NCBI GenBank assembly: GCA_002340515.1
Contig: DDMF01000117.1
Span: 8,088-32,087, forward strand
From: Rhodobacteraceae bacterium UBA2553
Lineage (GTDB): Bacteria > Pseudomonadota > Alphaproteobacteria > Rhodobacterales > Rhodobacteraceae
DNA: 24,000 nucleotides
Reading direction: 5' to 3'
Part shown: in pieces, positions 7,501-14,448 of the stretch
Layout: the number at the start of each line of letters is the position of its first letter
Position numbering within the stretch: the stretch's first letter is position 1
The notes under the pieces: model-generated
Seen by the model: only the letters and a program-made list of their open reading frames with translations
What the model was told of the DNA's origin: nothing
Databases searched by the model: none
Made by a program: the position numbers and the translations under genes

Positions 7501-9416
7501 GGGACTTTCTTAGCTACTACCATAGCTCCCAAGGCGTAAATATTAACCTTTCCAAAAATATCTCCTCGGGAGGCGAAGCTCAGGGCGATGTGGTCAGTGG
7601 CTTTGAGGGCGTTTCAGGATCAAACACAGCAGCTGACACACTTATCGGCTCTGCGCATGATAACGCGATAAAAGGAAACGGCGGGAACGACAAACTTTAT
7701 GGCGGCGCTGGTGGCGATACCATCCATGGCGGAGCAGGAAACGATCTGATTGTCGGAGACCTCAGCGCCTCATTTGACGAAACAGGCTCTGATATCGTTC
7801 TGACATCGGAGGTTTGGATTTCATCTGGATCTTGGGGCTTTTGGGACAGTCAGGAATGGATGGCCGGAGATTTTGATGGGAATGGAGCGGATGACATACT
7901 TGCCTCCTACGCGGTGGGCGATGGGACGACGCTCAGATTTTACGCATCAGATGGCTCCTCTTTTGCCACACCAACGGCTTGGGCCAGCGGAGGCTGGGGA
8001 TTCTATACATCAGCTGAGTGGGACATCGGGGATTTCAACGGAGATGGTCGGGATGACGTTATTTCTGTTTACAAAAACAGTTCTGATGGCAGCTCGACGC
8101 TAAGGGTTTATACGTCCAACGGTAGCGGCTTTGATGCGCCGTCAGCATGGAGCGTGGGACAATGGGGGCATTATGATAGCGCCCAATGGATGACCGGGGA
8201 CTTCAACAATGATGGCCTTGAAGATGTTGCGGCAACCTATGCCAATTCTGCTGAAGGCGGCACCATCCTGCGCGTCTATTATTCCAACGGAACCGGGTTT
8301 GATGCCCCAACAGGACACAAAGTCAATTGGGGTCATTGGAGCAGCCAGAAATGGATGGCTGGCGATATCAATGGCGACGGACAAGACGATATCATAGCCG
8401 CTTACGAAGGCCACGAAGGGCGTACGGTTCTAAGGGTCTATGAAGCAACAGAGAATGGGTTTTCGGACCCGTCCAACTGGGCAAGTGGTTTTAACTTTAC
8501 GTTTGATGCTGATGCCGAATGGAAGATAGGGGATTTTAACGGCGACGGTGGTGCGGATATTGCGGTGATTTCTGGAAATGGCGACAATAAAACCATCCGA
8601 GTCATCTTGGCCGATGATGGTAAATTCCTGGCCCCCGTAACGGTTTCAGCCGAAAGTGATTTTAGCTATTTGATCGGTCAGGACTGGACAACAGGGGACT
8701 TTAACGCAGACACCCTTAACGATGTTGCTGTGTCAACGCAGGGCACCAATGGCGAAACTGAGATTTCGGTTTACGAGTCTCATTCCCGTGACGATGAGTT
8801 GTTTGGTGGTGAGGGACATGACACCCTTAACGGTGGTGAAGGCAACGACACCATCGAAGGGGGCGACGGCAATGATGTCGTTACAGGCGGCACGGGGTCA
8901 GATGTCCTATCCGGCGGTGCAGGCACGGATTATTTGAGCTACTATCACAGTCAAGAAGCTGTCCAAGTTCATTTGGCGTCCAACATTGCTACAAATGGGG
9001 ATGCCCAAGGCGACACCATCAGTAGCTTTGAGGGGGTGTCAGGCTCAAATCATGGCGATGACCACCTTCAAGGCACATCCTACGCCAATACAATCAGCGG
9101 AAATGGCGGCAATGATACGATTTTCGGATATTCTGGAAATGACGTTATTATCGGTGGTGTTGGCAATGACTTGCTGAGCGGCGGGAATGGCTCAGATACG
9201 TTTGTCTTTGGACAGGGTGATGGAAGTGACCGGATCTCTGATTTTCAGGTCGCAGAAGATCACATTCGCTTCACCTCTCAAGGCATCAACTATGCGGACC
9301 TGTCGATCACGCAAACCACAGCGGGCGCTCTCATCACATATGATGGCAGCAACACCATTGAGCTTGCAGGCGTAAGTGCCAGTGATATCAGTCAGGATCA
9401 GTTTATCTTTGCTTGA
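4539..9416 (+). CDS. Giant RTX (hemolysin-type calcium-binding) protein with embedded FG-GAP-like repeat array; probable T1SS substrate
   Basis: Dozens of GGxGxDxL/I nonapeptides (e.g. GGAGNDYVEASGQNDIILGGTGNDTLYGLEGNDTLDGG). A D/G/N/S low-complexity tract is encoded at ~5001-5275. Six ~50-aa W-x-x-GDFNGDGxDD...LRVY...G-F repeats are encoded at ~7811-8790. The C-terminus is RTX-like (DTFVFGQGDGSDRISDF...DQFIFA). Confidence 0.9.
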   Translation: MGTSVVFSSDGTAKVVIDSTFGKEGVMGNDAVRERAAEYNSIVERAREDPTNTSLQAELAKEKVFLEAVVAAVKGPHGFGAALASARSGEMAAIAIDELEGYAEEANLTDIQTAKLVNDLLAYAQQTGKGLNPETLGDFLNETSTPEVEILNGLGGNTSSSGNDGGSDNDGSGWDPTPNDTTPGLGTGGDNDSDGNGHEDSDNDNDTGGGTYPTYDPDADNPGSSGTDADSGGSGLEDAHNDGVGSGNLMPIILDMDGDGIEITVDGNVSFDVDGDGFLEQTAWVHKDDAFLVLDLNADGTRGAGDGKIDQTAELVLTEWVNEEGATDLQALASFDKLTRGGNNDGILDHRDSIWSELRVWQDSNSNGVTDAGELKTLSELGFEQINLTYDDGTHFADTTNDVTIFNSSLLGTASYVRNGQTVTGGVGDVALAYGADGWKKVATSAGHNIAWESGMVWKFLELSKFASSNTTISDGTYHGVFGDTRNNVINTRFATNELIIDGGAGNDYVEASGQNDIILGGTGNDTLYGLEGNDTLDGGSGANRLYGGWGDDRYVISSLAGSSWISRGAEHNADGHDAVTFSQLNASEVNITKRSDADNGGGANGTSLRFYWNKGGAAGSLEVADEGLDIEQYVFADGLTANNFIVGDSAGRSHDGTDKFDLIDAKEGSDTVNGHVGNDILFGRGGNDVLSGGAGDDALYGGNGNDTLNGGAGRDLLSGGTGDDTIYFANGDKFWDAVGKARDVGGAGHDTLTVANGSYFATTGLSAYGFERFIGADGNDRVKGGLSSVNYYLYGGLGDDTLTGHGGNDTLHGMDGADHLHGGNGNDYISGGDQADYVEAGAGNDTLFGGDDRDTIYADAGDDTVSAGAGNDLVIGGTGADVLSGGSGTDYLSYYHSAHGVVIYLAHNTASGGDAQGDKIDGFEGVSGSNHAADELYGTSYANIIRGNGGKDTIYGYSGDDDINGGSGNDLIVGGIGADTLVGGSGWDFLSYYHSSQGVNINLSKNISSGGEAQGDVVSGFEGVSGSNTAADTLIGSAHDNAIKGNGGNDKLYGGAGGDTIHGGAGNDLIVGDLSASFDETGSDIVLTSEVWISSGSWGFWDSQEWMAGDFDGNGADDILASYAVGDGTTLRFYASDGSSFATPTAWASGGWGFYTSAEWDIGDFNGDGRDDVISVYKNSSDGSSTLRVYTSNGSGFDAPSAWSVGQWGHYDSAQWMTGDFNNDGLEDVAATYANSAEGGTILRVYYSNGTGFDAPTGHKVNWGHWSSQKWMAGDINGDGQDDIIAAYEGHEGRTVLRVYEATENGFSDPSNWASGFNFTFDADAEWKIGDFNGDGGADIAVISGNGDNKTIRVILADDGKFLAPVTVSAESDFSYLIGQDWTTGDFNADTLNDVAVSTQGTNGETEISVYESHSRDDELFGGEGHDTLNGGEGNDTIEGGDGNDVVTGGTGSDVLSGGAGTDYLSYYHSQEAVQVHLASNIATNGDAQGDTISSFEGVSGSNHGDDHLQGTSYANTISGNGGNDTIFGYSGNDVIIGGVGNDLLSGGNGSDTFVFGQGDGSDRISDFQVAEDHIRFTSQGINYADLSITQTTAGALITYDGSNTIELAGVSASDISQDQFIFA
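7167..7754 (+). repeat. Tandem duplication of a 294-nt (98-aa) module inside the RTX gene
   Basis: GGTGADVLSGGSGTDYLSYYHSAHGVVIYL...GFEGVSGSNHAADELYG... (aa 877-974) is followed directly by GGIGADTLVGGSGWDFLSYYHSSQGVNINL...GFEGVSGSNTAADTLIG... (aa 975-1072). Confidence 0.8.
8886..9179 (+). repeat. Third copy of the 98-aa RTX module, downstream of the FG-GAP array
   Basis: GGTGSDVLSGGAGTDYLSYYHSQEAVQVHL...SFEGVSGSNHGDDHLQGTSYANTISGNGGNDTIFGYSGND aligns colinearly with the copies at 7167-7754. Confidence 0.75.
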
Positions 9417-9438
9417 TGGTATCTGAGCTCCATTTTGC

Positions 9439-9465
9439 CCGCTCAGAGATTCCAGATCTGAGCGG
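9439..9465. terminator. Hairpin between convergent genes (non-canonical terminator candidate)
   Basis: CCGCTCAGA-GATTCCAGA-TCTGAGCGG gives a 9-bp stem. There is no U-run on either strand. Confidence 0.3.
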
Positions 9466-9566
9466 CAATGCCTTCAAGCGTTAGGCTCGTGTGAAGTGTG
9501 AGCCATATAGTGCTAGGGGTGTGCAACTGGGTCGGATATTGCCAATGCTTGGGAGAGAGCGAAGTT

Positions 9567-10145
9567 CTAATCCCACATGCGTTTTGCAATACTTCGTTCC
9601 TCAGGTCCAAGCGCCTGTGAGTAGATCGCGGTTGTTTCCATCCGCGAATGGCCCAGCCAGCGTTGGATGAGATGCAAGGGGACACCGCTGGTGACGGCAT
9701 GAACGGCGAAGCTGTGGCGCAACCCGCGTGGGGTGGCTTGCGGGCCGGATATGTTGGCCTCACGCATCACGGATTTTACGACGGTCCATGCTTGCGTGCG
9801 CGCCCACGGAAATCTGGGGCCATTGGCAAGCTCAATAAGCAATGATTTTGGCACCGGCACCTGTCGATAAATCTGCTGACTTCTTTTCTTCAGTGTACGG
9901 AACACAACTACACCTTCATCGGGGGAGATATTTGCAGGTTGAAGTGCCAAAACTTCCGACAAACGCCCTCCAGTCCAGAGGAGTGTCAGGCATAACAGCC
10001 GTTCTTCGCGCCTTCGGTTTTCTGCGACTTTCAAGAACCGTTTCCGTTCAGATGCAGATAGGTATTTTCGGTGACCTGATGAAGTGAATAACGACGGGGC
10101 AGGTATCACAGAACACCTTCCCAACGGCTGATGTAAAGCGCCCAA
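9567..10145 (-). CDS. Short tyrosine recombinase (catalytic domain only)
   Basis: Catalytic motifs are TGGRLSEVLAL (Arg), PRGLRHSFAVH (H-x-x-R), WLGHSRMETTAIY (His and Tyr). The track start is TTG. A GTG at 10109 with GGAAGG upstream is an alternative start. Confidence 0.8.
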   Translation of the reverse strand: MGALHQPLGRCSVIPAPSLFTSSGHRKYLSASERKRFLKVAENRRREERLLCLTLLWTGGRLSEVLALQPANISPDEGVVVFRTLKKRSQQIYRQVPVPKSLLIELANGPRFPWARTQAWTVVKSVMREANISGPQATPRGLRHSFAVHAVTSGVPLHLIQRWLGHSRMETTAIYSQALGPEERSIAKRMWD

Positions 10146-10373
10146 GAGACCAGAACTTTCATGTTGATTGATCTGCGATTTTCAACCGAACAAAATTGCC
10201 CATTCTGTTCAGTGAAGAAAAATATCTTTGGTTTTCAAAGATATGGGCGTCAATGCAGCAACGCCTATCGGAATCCTACATGAAGAGAGTCACGCGGTTC
10301 AATCGTAAAATCAACTATTTGCCCATGGGTGAACAGTTTGGGCAATTCTGTTCGATCTTACAGGAGTAATCCG

Positions 10374-10835
10374 ATGCGCAAAATAGGGTGGATCATGGGG
10401 CTTTTGCTCATGTCTGGCTGCGTCACAACCGAACTGCAATATAAAACTGGGGTCACACCACAACAGCGCAATCGCGATGTTGCGGCCTGTGAACGTCAAG
10501 CTAAACGACAGGCCCCGGTGAGCAATAAATATGAGGTGGTGCCGCGTCGTTGGGTGCCGGGTGTGCGTCATTGCAATAGCAAAGGATGCTATTCGCGTGG
10601 GGGATATTGGACGGGCGGTAATGTGATTGCGACCGATCAGAACAAGACGACCCGCTCACACACATATGGGCGCTGTATGGCCAACAAAGGCTATCAGCCC
10701 ATCGCCACAACAGGATGCGCGGGTAAGATCCGTGAATCGGTCATGCGATCCTCTCAGGGGCGCTATCCACGCCTGACAGCAGAGAGCTGCACGGTTGGTA
10801 TGGCGGACGGCACACTCAAGGTTCACACTCCGTAA
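10374..10835 (+). CDS. Lipoprotein, unknown function
   Basis: AGGAG lies 8 nt upstream of the ATG. The signal MRKIGWIMGLLLMSGC carries a lipobox (LMSG/C). Confidence 0.7.
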   Translation: MRKIGWIMGLLLMSGCVTTELQYKTGVTPQQRNRDVAACERQAKRQAPVSNKYEVVPRRWVPGVRHCNSKGCYSRGGYWTGGNVIATDQNKTTRSHTYGRCMANKGYQPIATTGCAGKIRESVMRSSQGRYPRLTAESCTVGMADGTLKVHTP

Positions 10836-10850
10836 ATTGACAACGACAAG

Positions 10851-10881
10851 AGCGCCCTGAACGACGGGGCGCTTTCTTCTT
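10851..10881 (+). terminator. Rho-independent terminator
   Basis: AGCGCCC-loop-GGGCGCT followed by TTCTTCTTC, just after the lipoprotein stop. Confidence 0.6.
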
Positions 10882-10926
10882 CATCAAACAGAACGGTAAG
10901 TTCTGCACGCATTTCAGGAGTTCATT

Positions 10927-11169
10927 ATGCGTATCATAAGTGGGTTTTTCACAATCGGGATCGGTTGTCTTGTCATGATGTTTGGGATCGTGCTGGGGTT
11001 CACAATCATTGGATTGCTCTGGGCGTTTCCTGTGGCGATTTCGGGTTACGGTCTCATGCTCAAGGGCTTTGCCGATATTGGCATTGGGACATATCAGGCT
11101 GTTAAGAACACGGGCAGCGGGCAGGGCAAAAATGACAGCTCAACCCCGAAACAGTATCGAGATCTGTAG
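10927..11169 (+). CDS. Small membrane protein (2 predicted TM segments)
   Basis: CAGGAG lies upstream of the ATG. Hydrophobic stretches FFTIGIGCLVMMFGIVLGFTIIGLLWAFPVAISGYGLML. A GCACGA-TCA-TCGTGC hairpin follows at 11179-11193. Confidence 0.6.
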   Translation: MRIISGFFTIGIGCLVMMFGIVLGFTIIGLLWAFPVAISGYGLMLKGFADIGIGTYQAVKNTGSGQGKNDSSTPKQYRDL

Positions 11170-11178
11170 TCTTTTCCT

Positions 11179-11984
11179 GCACGATCATCGTGCGCGGGTT
11201 CCAAACCCCTTTGGAACCTTGCCACGTGGCGAACGCGGGGGAAACAAGGACATGGGCGGGGCGGAGATTATTTTGCCTCGCGAGGAATGTCGCCTGAATG
11301 AAAATTCAGGTGGCAGGGGACAATAATCTTTGGCACGGGCGCTTGCGCTTCTACCCCTTGGCCGCGCGAGGGGCAGCGCCCCTGAGGCTGCACAACTGTG
11401 TTGTGAGTGCGGGAACCGCACTTGGGGAGGAGCGTTCGCTCCGTGGGGTATCCCCGATGGTCGCAGACCATAAACGGCAACGCCACGAGTGGCAGAGCCG
11501 TCACTACATTAAAGTAGTGACGGCGCGCGCTTGACCACAGTCACCGCCATCTCTGAATGAAAGTGACAAGTGATGGGCAAGTGACGCCATATACCCACAT
11601 CATTTTTGATCATTTCGTGGCTGGATAAATTGCCTTTGTTTAGAATGAACCTCTTCACGGAAAGGACTGATTTATCGCTCCTTTCCTGAGACATCATCAC
11701 CATTTCACAAGGAGAAACTTCATGATCACTGATCATCTTAAGCCGCCCTGATGGCGGCGTTAGCGACACACTCTGACAAGATGTCAGACCTCGTCACATC
11801 ATCATTGTGGCACAACCTCTGAAATCCCGCCTCCGGGCGTATTTCTGCCCATTGGGGCAACAGACAGGAGCGCCAAGGGCGCTCGCCCGTCTGGGTCAAT
11901 TCCCGCATTGCGGACCGTCCAGCCTGAGGGCTGCCGGTTGACCAACAACACTTAGCAAACTGAAAACAATAGAAAGAAAAGGGG
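11179..11984 (+). other. About 0.8 kb noncoding, GC-rich, hairpin-dense region upstream of the recombinase gene (candidate att/oriT/regulatory RNA region)
   Basis: No credible ORF. Perfect stems at 11197-11218 (9 bp), 11293-11310 (7 bp, GAAA loop), 11369-11383, 11406-11422, 11457-11471, 11498-11523 (10 bp), 11742-11758, 11772-11788 and 11868-11884. AAGTGAY occurs three times, at 11561, 11568 and 11579. Confidence 0.55.
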
Positions 11985-12872
11985 ATGGATAATCTCTCAA
12001 TGGATTTGGTGCGTCTCACCAAGCGTAACCGTGATGGCTCTTTTGGCACGCAAAAGAACCGTCAGCGGGGATTAACGGCCATTGCGGCGGAACTAAAACA
12101 ACTTGGTTACACGTTGAAAACAGCGCGATCCGTGAAGCCTAAACATATCAATGCATTGGTGGATCATTGGCGTGATAGCGGGCTGAGCAAAGCGACAATG
12201 CGGAATAGAATGAGCTGGCTGCGGTGGTGGGCGCAGAAGGTGAACAAGGTGTCGATCCTGCACAAAGATAACGCCTGTTATGAGTTGAATGATGAGAGAA
12301 CCGAACGCAACAACATTGCGTTCAATCTGCACTCCGATCAATTGGATGCTCTAACAGATCGACATGTGCAGGCGGCGGTGATGCTGCAAGCCGCCTTTGG
12401 GCTGCGCCGGGAAGAGGCGATGAAAATCATCCCGAAGGAAACCATTCGAAAGGACTGCATCAAGCTCAAAGGGAGCTGGACCAAAGGTGGACGTCCACGC
12501 ACCGTGCCGATCACGTCGCAACATCAGCGCATTGTATTGTCAGCGGTCGCACAAGTCGCGAAACATGGCAGTTTGATCCCTGAAGATCGCAACTATGTGC
12601 AACATATGCGGGTCTATGAGCGGCAGGTTCAAAAGGCAGGTATCACCCGTGCGCATGGTCTTCGTCATAAATATGCACAGACCCGATATGAAAAACTCAC
12701 CGGCATGAAATGTCCCATCAACGGGGGGCCGGGGCGATCTTTGATGTCGGATGAGCAATATGAATTGGACCGTCAGGCGCGGGCGCGGATCTCAAAAGAA
12801 CTTGGCCACAACAGAATTGAGATTGTTGACGTCTACATTGGTCGGCTTTTGCAAGCGGGGGGATTGTCATGA
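11985..12872 (+). CDS. Tyrosine recombinase (resembles the Phage_int_SAM_2/Integrase_1 type, from memory)
   Basis: Catalytic motifs are FGLRREEAMKI (Arg), AHGLRHKYAQ (H-x-x-R), LGHNRIEIVDVYIG (His and Tyr). GGGG lies upstream of the ATG. Confidence 0.8.
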   Translation: MDNLSMDLVRLTKRNRDGSFGTQKNRQRGLTAIAAELKQLGYTLKTARSVKPKHINALVDHWRDSGLSKATMRNRMSWLRWWAQKVNKVSILHKDNACYELNDERTERNNIAFNLHSDQLDALTDRHVQAAVMLQAAFGLRREEAMKIIPKETIRKDCIKLKGSWTKGGRPRTVPITSQHQRIVLSAVAQVAKHGSLIPEDRNYVQHMRVYERQVQKAGITRAHGLRHKYAQTRYEKLTGMKCPINGGPGRSLMSDEQYELDRQARARISKELGHNRIEIVDVYIGRLLQAGGLS

Positions 12873-12979
12873 TCGTAAGCTTGGGCATTATACTTGGTGG
12901 GCTGGTTTGGTTGGTGGTAACGGCAGGGCGGATCGTGCTTCAGGTGATCGTCTGTCTCATGTTGAAGCTCTTCCGCTAA
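12869..12979 (+). CDS. 36-aa hydrophobic peptide, translationally coupled to the recombinase (absent from the ORF track)
   Basis: The ATG overlaps the recombinase TGA (ATGA at 12869-12872). My own translation is MIVSLGIILGGLVWLVVTAGRIVLQVIVCLMLKLFR*, one TM-length hydrophobic helix. Confidence 0.35.
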   Translation: MIVSLGIILGGLVWLVVTAGRIVLQVIVCLMLKLFR

Positions 12980-13077
12980 AGCATAGGTTACATCCATTGG
13001 TGGTGTTTGATATGAATTTGCCACCCTAGGGCTTTCCCCGGGGCATCGCGATGCTCCTCAACATGAGGAGTATTGTG

Positions 13078-13278
13078 ATGAAAATGTTGAGCAAACGGCA
13101 GGTGACGGAGAGGGTTTTGTACTCACCGCAGCACATCGCGCGTCTGGAAGCGGCAGGCAAATTCCCATTGCGGGTAAAGCTGGGCGGCAACCGCGTGGGG
13201 TGGGTGGAAAGTGAAGTGCAGGACTGGCTTCAACAACGCATCGACGCCAGAGATCAACACTCAGCCTCTCTTGTTTGA
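13078..13278 (+). CDS. alpA: AlpA-family excisionase/transcriptional regulator
   Basis: GAGGAG lies 7 nt upstream of ATG 13078. LSKRQVTERVLYSPQHIARLEAAGKFPLRVKLGGNRVGWVESEVQDWL matches the AlpA/MerR-like winged-helix pattern. Confidence 0.8.
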   Translation: MKMLSKRQVTERVLYSPQHIARLEAAGKFPLRVKLGGNRVGWVESEVQDWLQQRIDARDQHSASLV

Positions 13279-13285
13279 GAGCGGG

Positions 13286-13318
13286 AGGATCGCCAGTAAT
13301 GGCGGTCCTTCTCTTTAC
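13286..13318 (+). terminator. Terminator-like hairpin after alpA
   Basis: AGGATCGCC-AGTAAT-GGCGGTCCT (one G-U pair) followed by TCTCTTT. Confidence 0.45.
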
Positions 13319-13470
13319 ATAGGATTGACTTATATTTTTGGATGAACAGCACAGTTGTAACAACTCCTTGCACAGAAGCTTAAATTGGGAATACGGTAAT
13401 GCGCGAGTGTATTCAATTTAAGATGGATGTGCTACACAGCTTTACTCATTTCTAGGAAGCTCTTTTTATA

Positions 13471-14448
13471 ATGCCTGAAGACAGCTCTACTGAAACAAAA
13501 ACAAATGAAAACCCAAAAGCTCTTGGGAAAGATAGCGTGAGTGCCAAAGTTAAATCGGCGGCTGACATATTTAAGTCAGTTGGCGTGTTTCTTGCTTTTG
13601 GTTGGGCTTTGATATCTTTTGTGGCAATACTTTTTTGGGAGGCTAGAGGTGAGCCTTGGCTAACGGAAAGAATTAAAATTCAACTAGAGGAGGCTGAGCA
13701 TGAGGATTGGTTTCGGCAACAAGTACTTTTAGCTTTGTCAGATAACCGAATCTCACTTGCTCGCCAGATTGAACAAGAACATACAGGTAAGCCCATAGTT
13801 GAGAGCTTTCAAAGGAAAATCCGATCGGAAGATATGGAGGTATTGTTTTCGGAAAAGAAATTTCAGGATGTTTTCCTGCGTGAAATATTGTTATCCATAT
13901 CTGGTCGAGATAACTTGAGCGTTGATAAGGTACTGGCTTCCTACAAAAGCCGAGATTTTTTAGAAGTTTGGTCGAACCCTCCAGCGATATCTGCTCTAGC
14001 GGGAACCGTGACTGAGCAAGTCGATGCGCTGTATACTTTTGAGCTATTCTTTACACGAGAGGCGCGTTGGGAAAATGGGCGACCTGTTCGAGATGCCGAT
14101 GGTTTGCAAGAGTTCGAAACACGTCGGCAAGTAGCTGATCGTTTTTATGCGACGTCAGATCAACGAATTTCAATCGAGGTTGATCCTAATTTGACTGGAA
14201 GGTTTCGCGAGGCATTCAATTCGGGTGCCTCTCAGTTATATCTTGAAATTGGCTCAACTTACCGAGTGCCAATTCCGCGAAATGGCTTAGTGGAAGAAGT
14301 AACGTGCGTAATCAGGGAACAGCTTAGAGGAAAACCTTCAGGATTTGTTTCAATTCGAGCTATTACAAGCAGCGGTGACATCCCAGAAGGAGGGTATGAA
14401 CTTGATGTTATTATCACAGCCCGCAAGGGAGGATACAAATGCAGCTAA
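13471..14448 (+). CDS. Hypothetical membrane-anchored protein (N-terminal TM, large extracytoplasmic domain), cargo gene A
   Basis: 325-aa ORF in low-GC DNA with a single TM segment (VGVFLAFGWALISFVAILFW). I recognise no family. Confidence 0.65.
   Translation: MPEDSSTETKTNENPKALGKDSVSAKVKSAADIFKSVGVFLAFGWALISFVAILFWEARGEPWLTERIKIQLEEAEHEDWFRQQVLLALSDNRISLARQIEQEHTGKPIVESFQRKIRSEDMEVLFSEKKFQDVFLREILLSISGRDNLSVDKVLASYKSRDFLEVWSNPPAISALAGTVTEQVDALYTFELFFTREARWENGRPVRDADGLQEFETRRQVADRFYATSDQRISIEVDPNLTGRFREAFNSGASQLYLEIGSTYRVPIPRNGLVEEVTCVIREQLRGKPSGFVSIRAITSSGDIPEGGYELDVIITARKGGYKCS

Noticed and set aside
4879-9375. Many 60-127-aa ORFs on both strands inside the RTX gene (e.g. 4879-5178, 5244-5588, 6946-7329, 8142-8414).
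   Set aside because: These are shadow ORFs produced by the repetitive GGxGxD codon pattern. They are fully nested in a 1625-aa ORF with clear domain logic, lack RBSs and have implausible compositions.
3445-10191. An exact 12-nt direct repeat TTTCAACCGAAC (3446-3457 and 10180-10191), with a related CAACCGAA at 3252-3259. It brackets the GNAT-RTX-recombinase segment and could be att sites for the 9567-10145 recombinase.
   Set aside because: By my estimate a 24-kb window should contain more than ten exact 12-mer repeats by chance. The flanking sequence does not extend the match. It is worth a computational check but not supportable.
11190-11984. The possibility of an ORF-less group II intron (GTGCG at 11190-11194, a GAAA-tetraloop hairpin) or a retron msr/msd.
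   Set aside because: I could not find a domain V-like 34-nt helix with the AGC triad and bulge. No reverse transcriptase gene is present in the window.
10982-12049. ORFs of 78-114 aa on both strands across the 11.2-12.0 kb region (10982-11326, 11298-11534, 11185-11421, 11268-11504, 11509-11769, 11738-12049).
   Set aside because: They overlap one another, have no RBS, and are Arg/Pro/Gly/Cys-rich as expected from GC-rich hairpin DNA. The region is better treated as noncoding.
12751-13363. ORFs 12751-13029 (+), 12833-13024 (-) and 13058-13363 (-).
   Set aside because: They overlap the recombinase 3' end, the coupled small peptide or alpA in other frames, and show no RBS or recognisable motifs.
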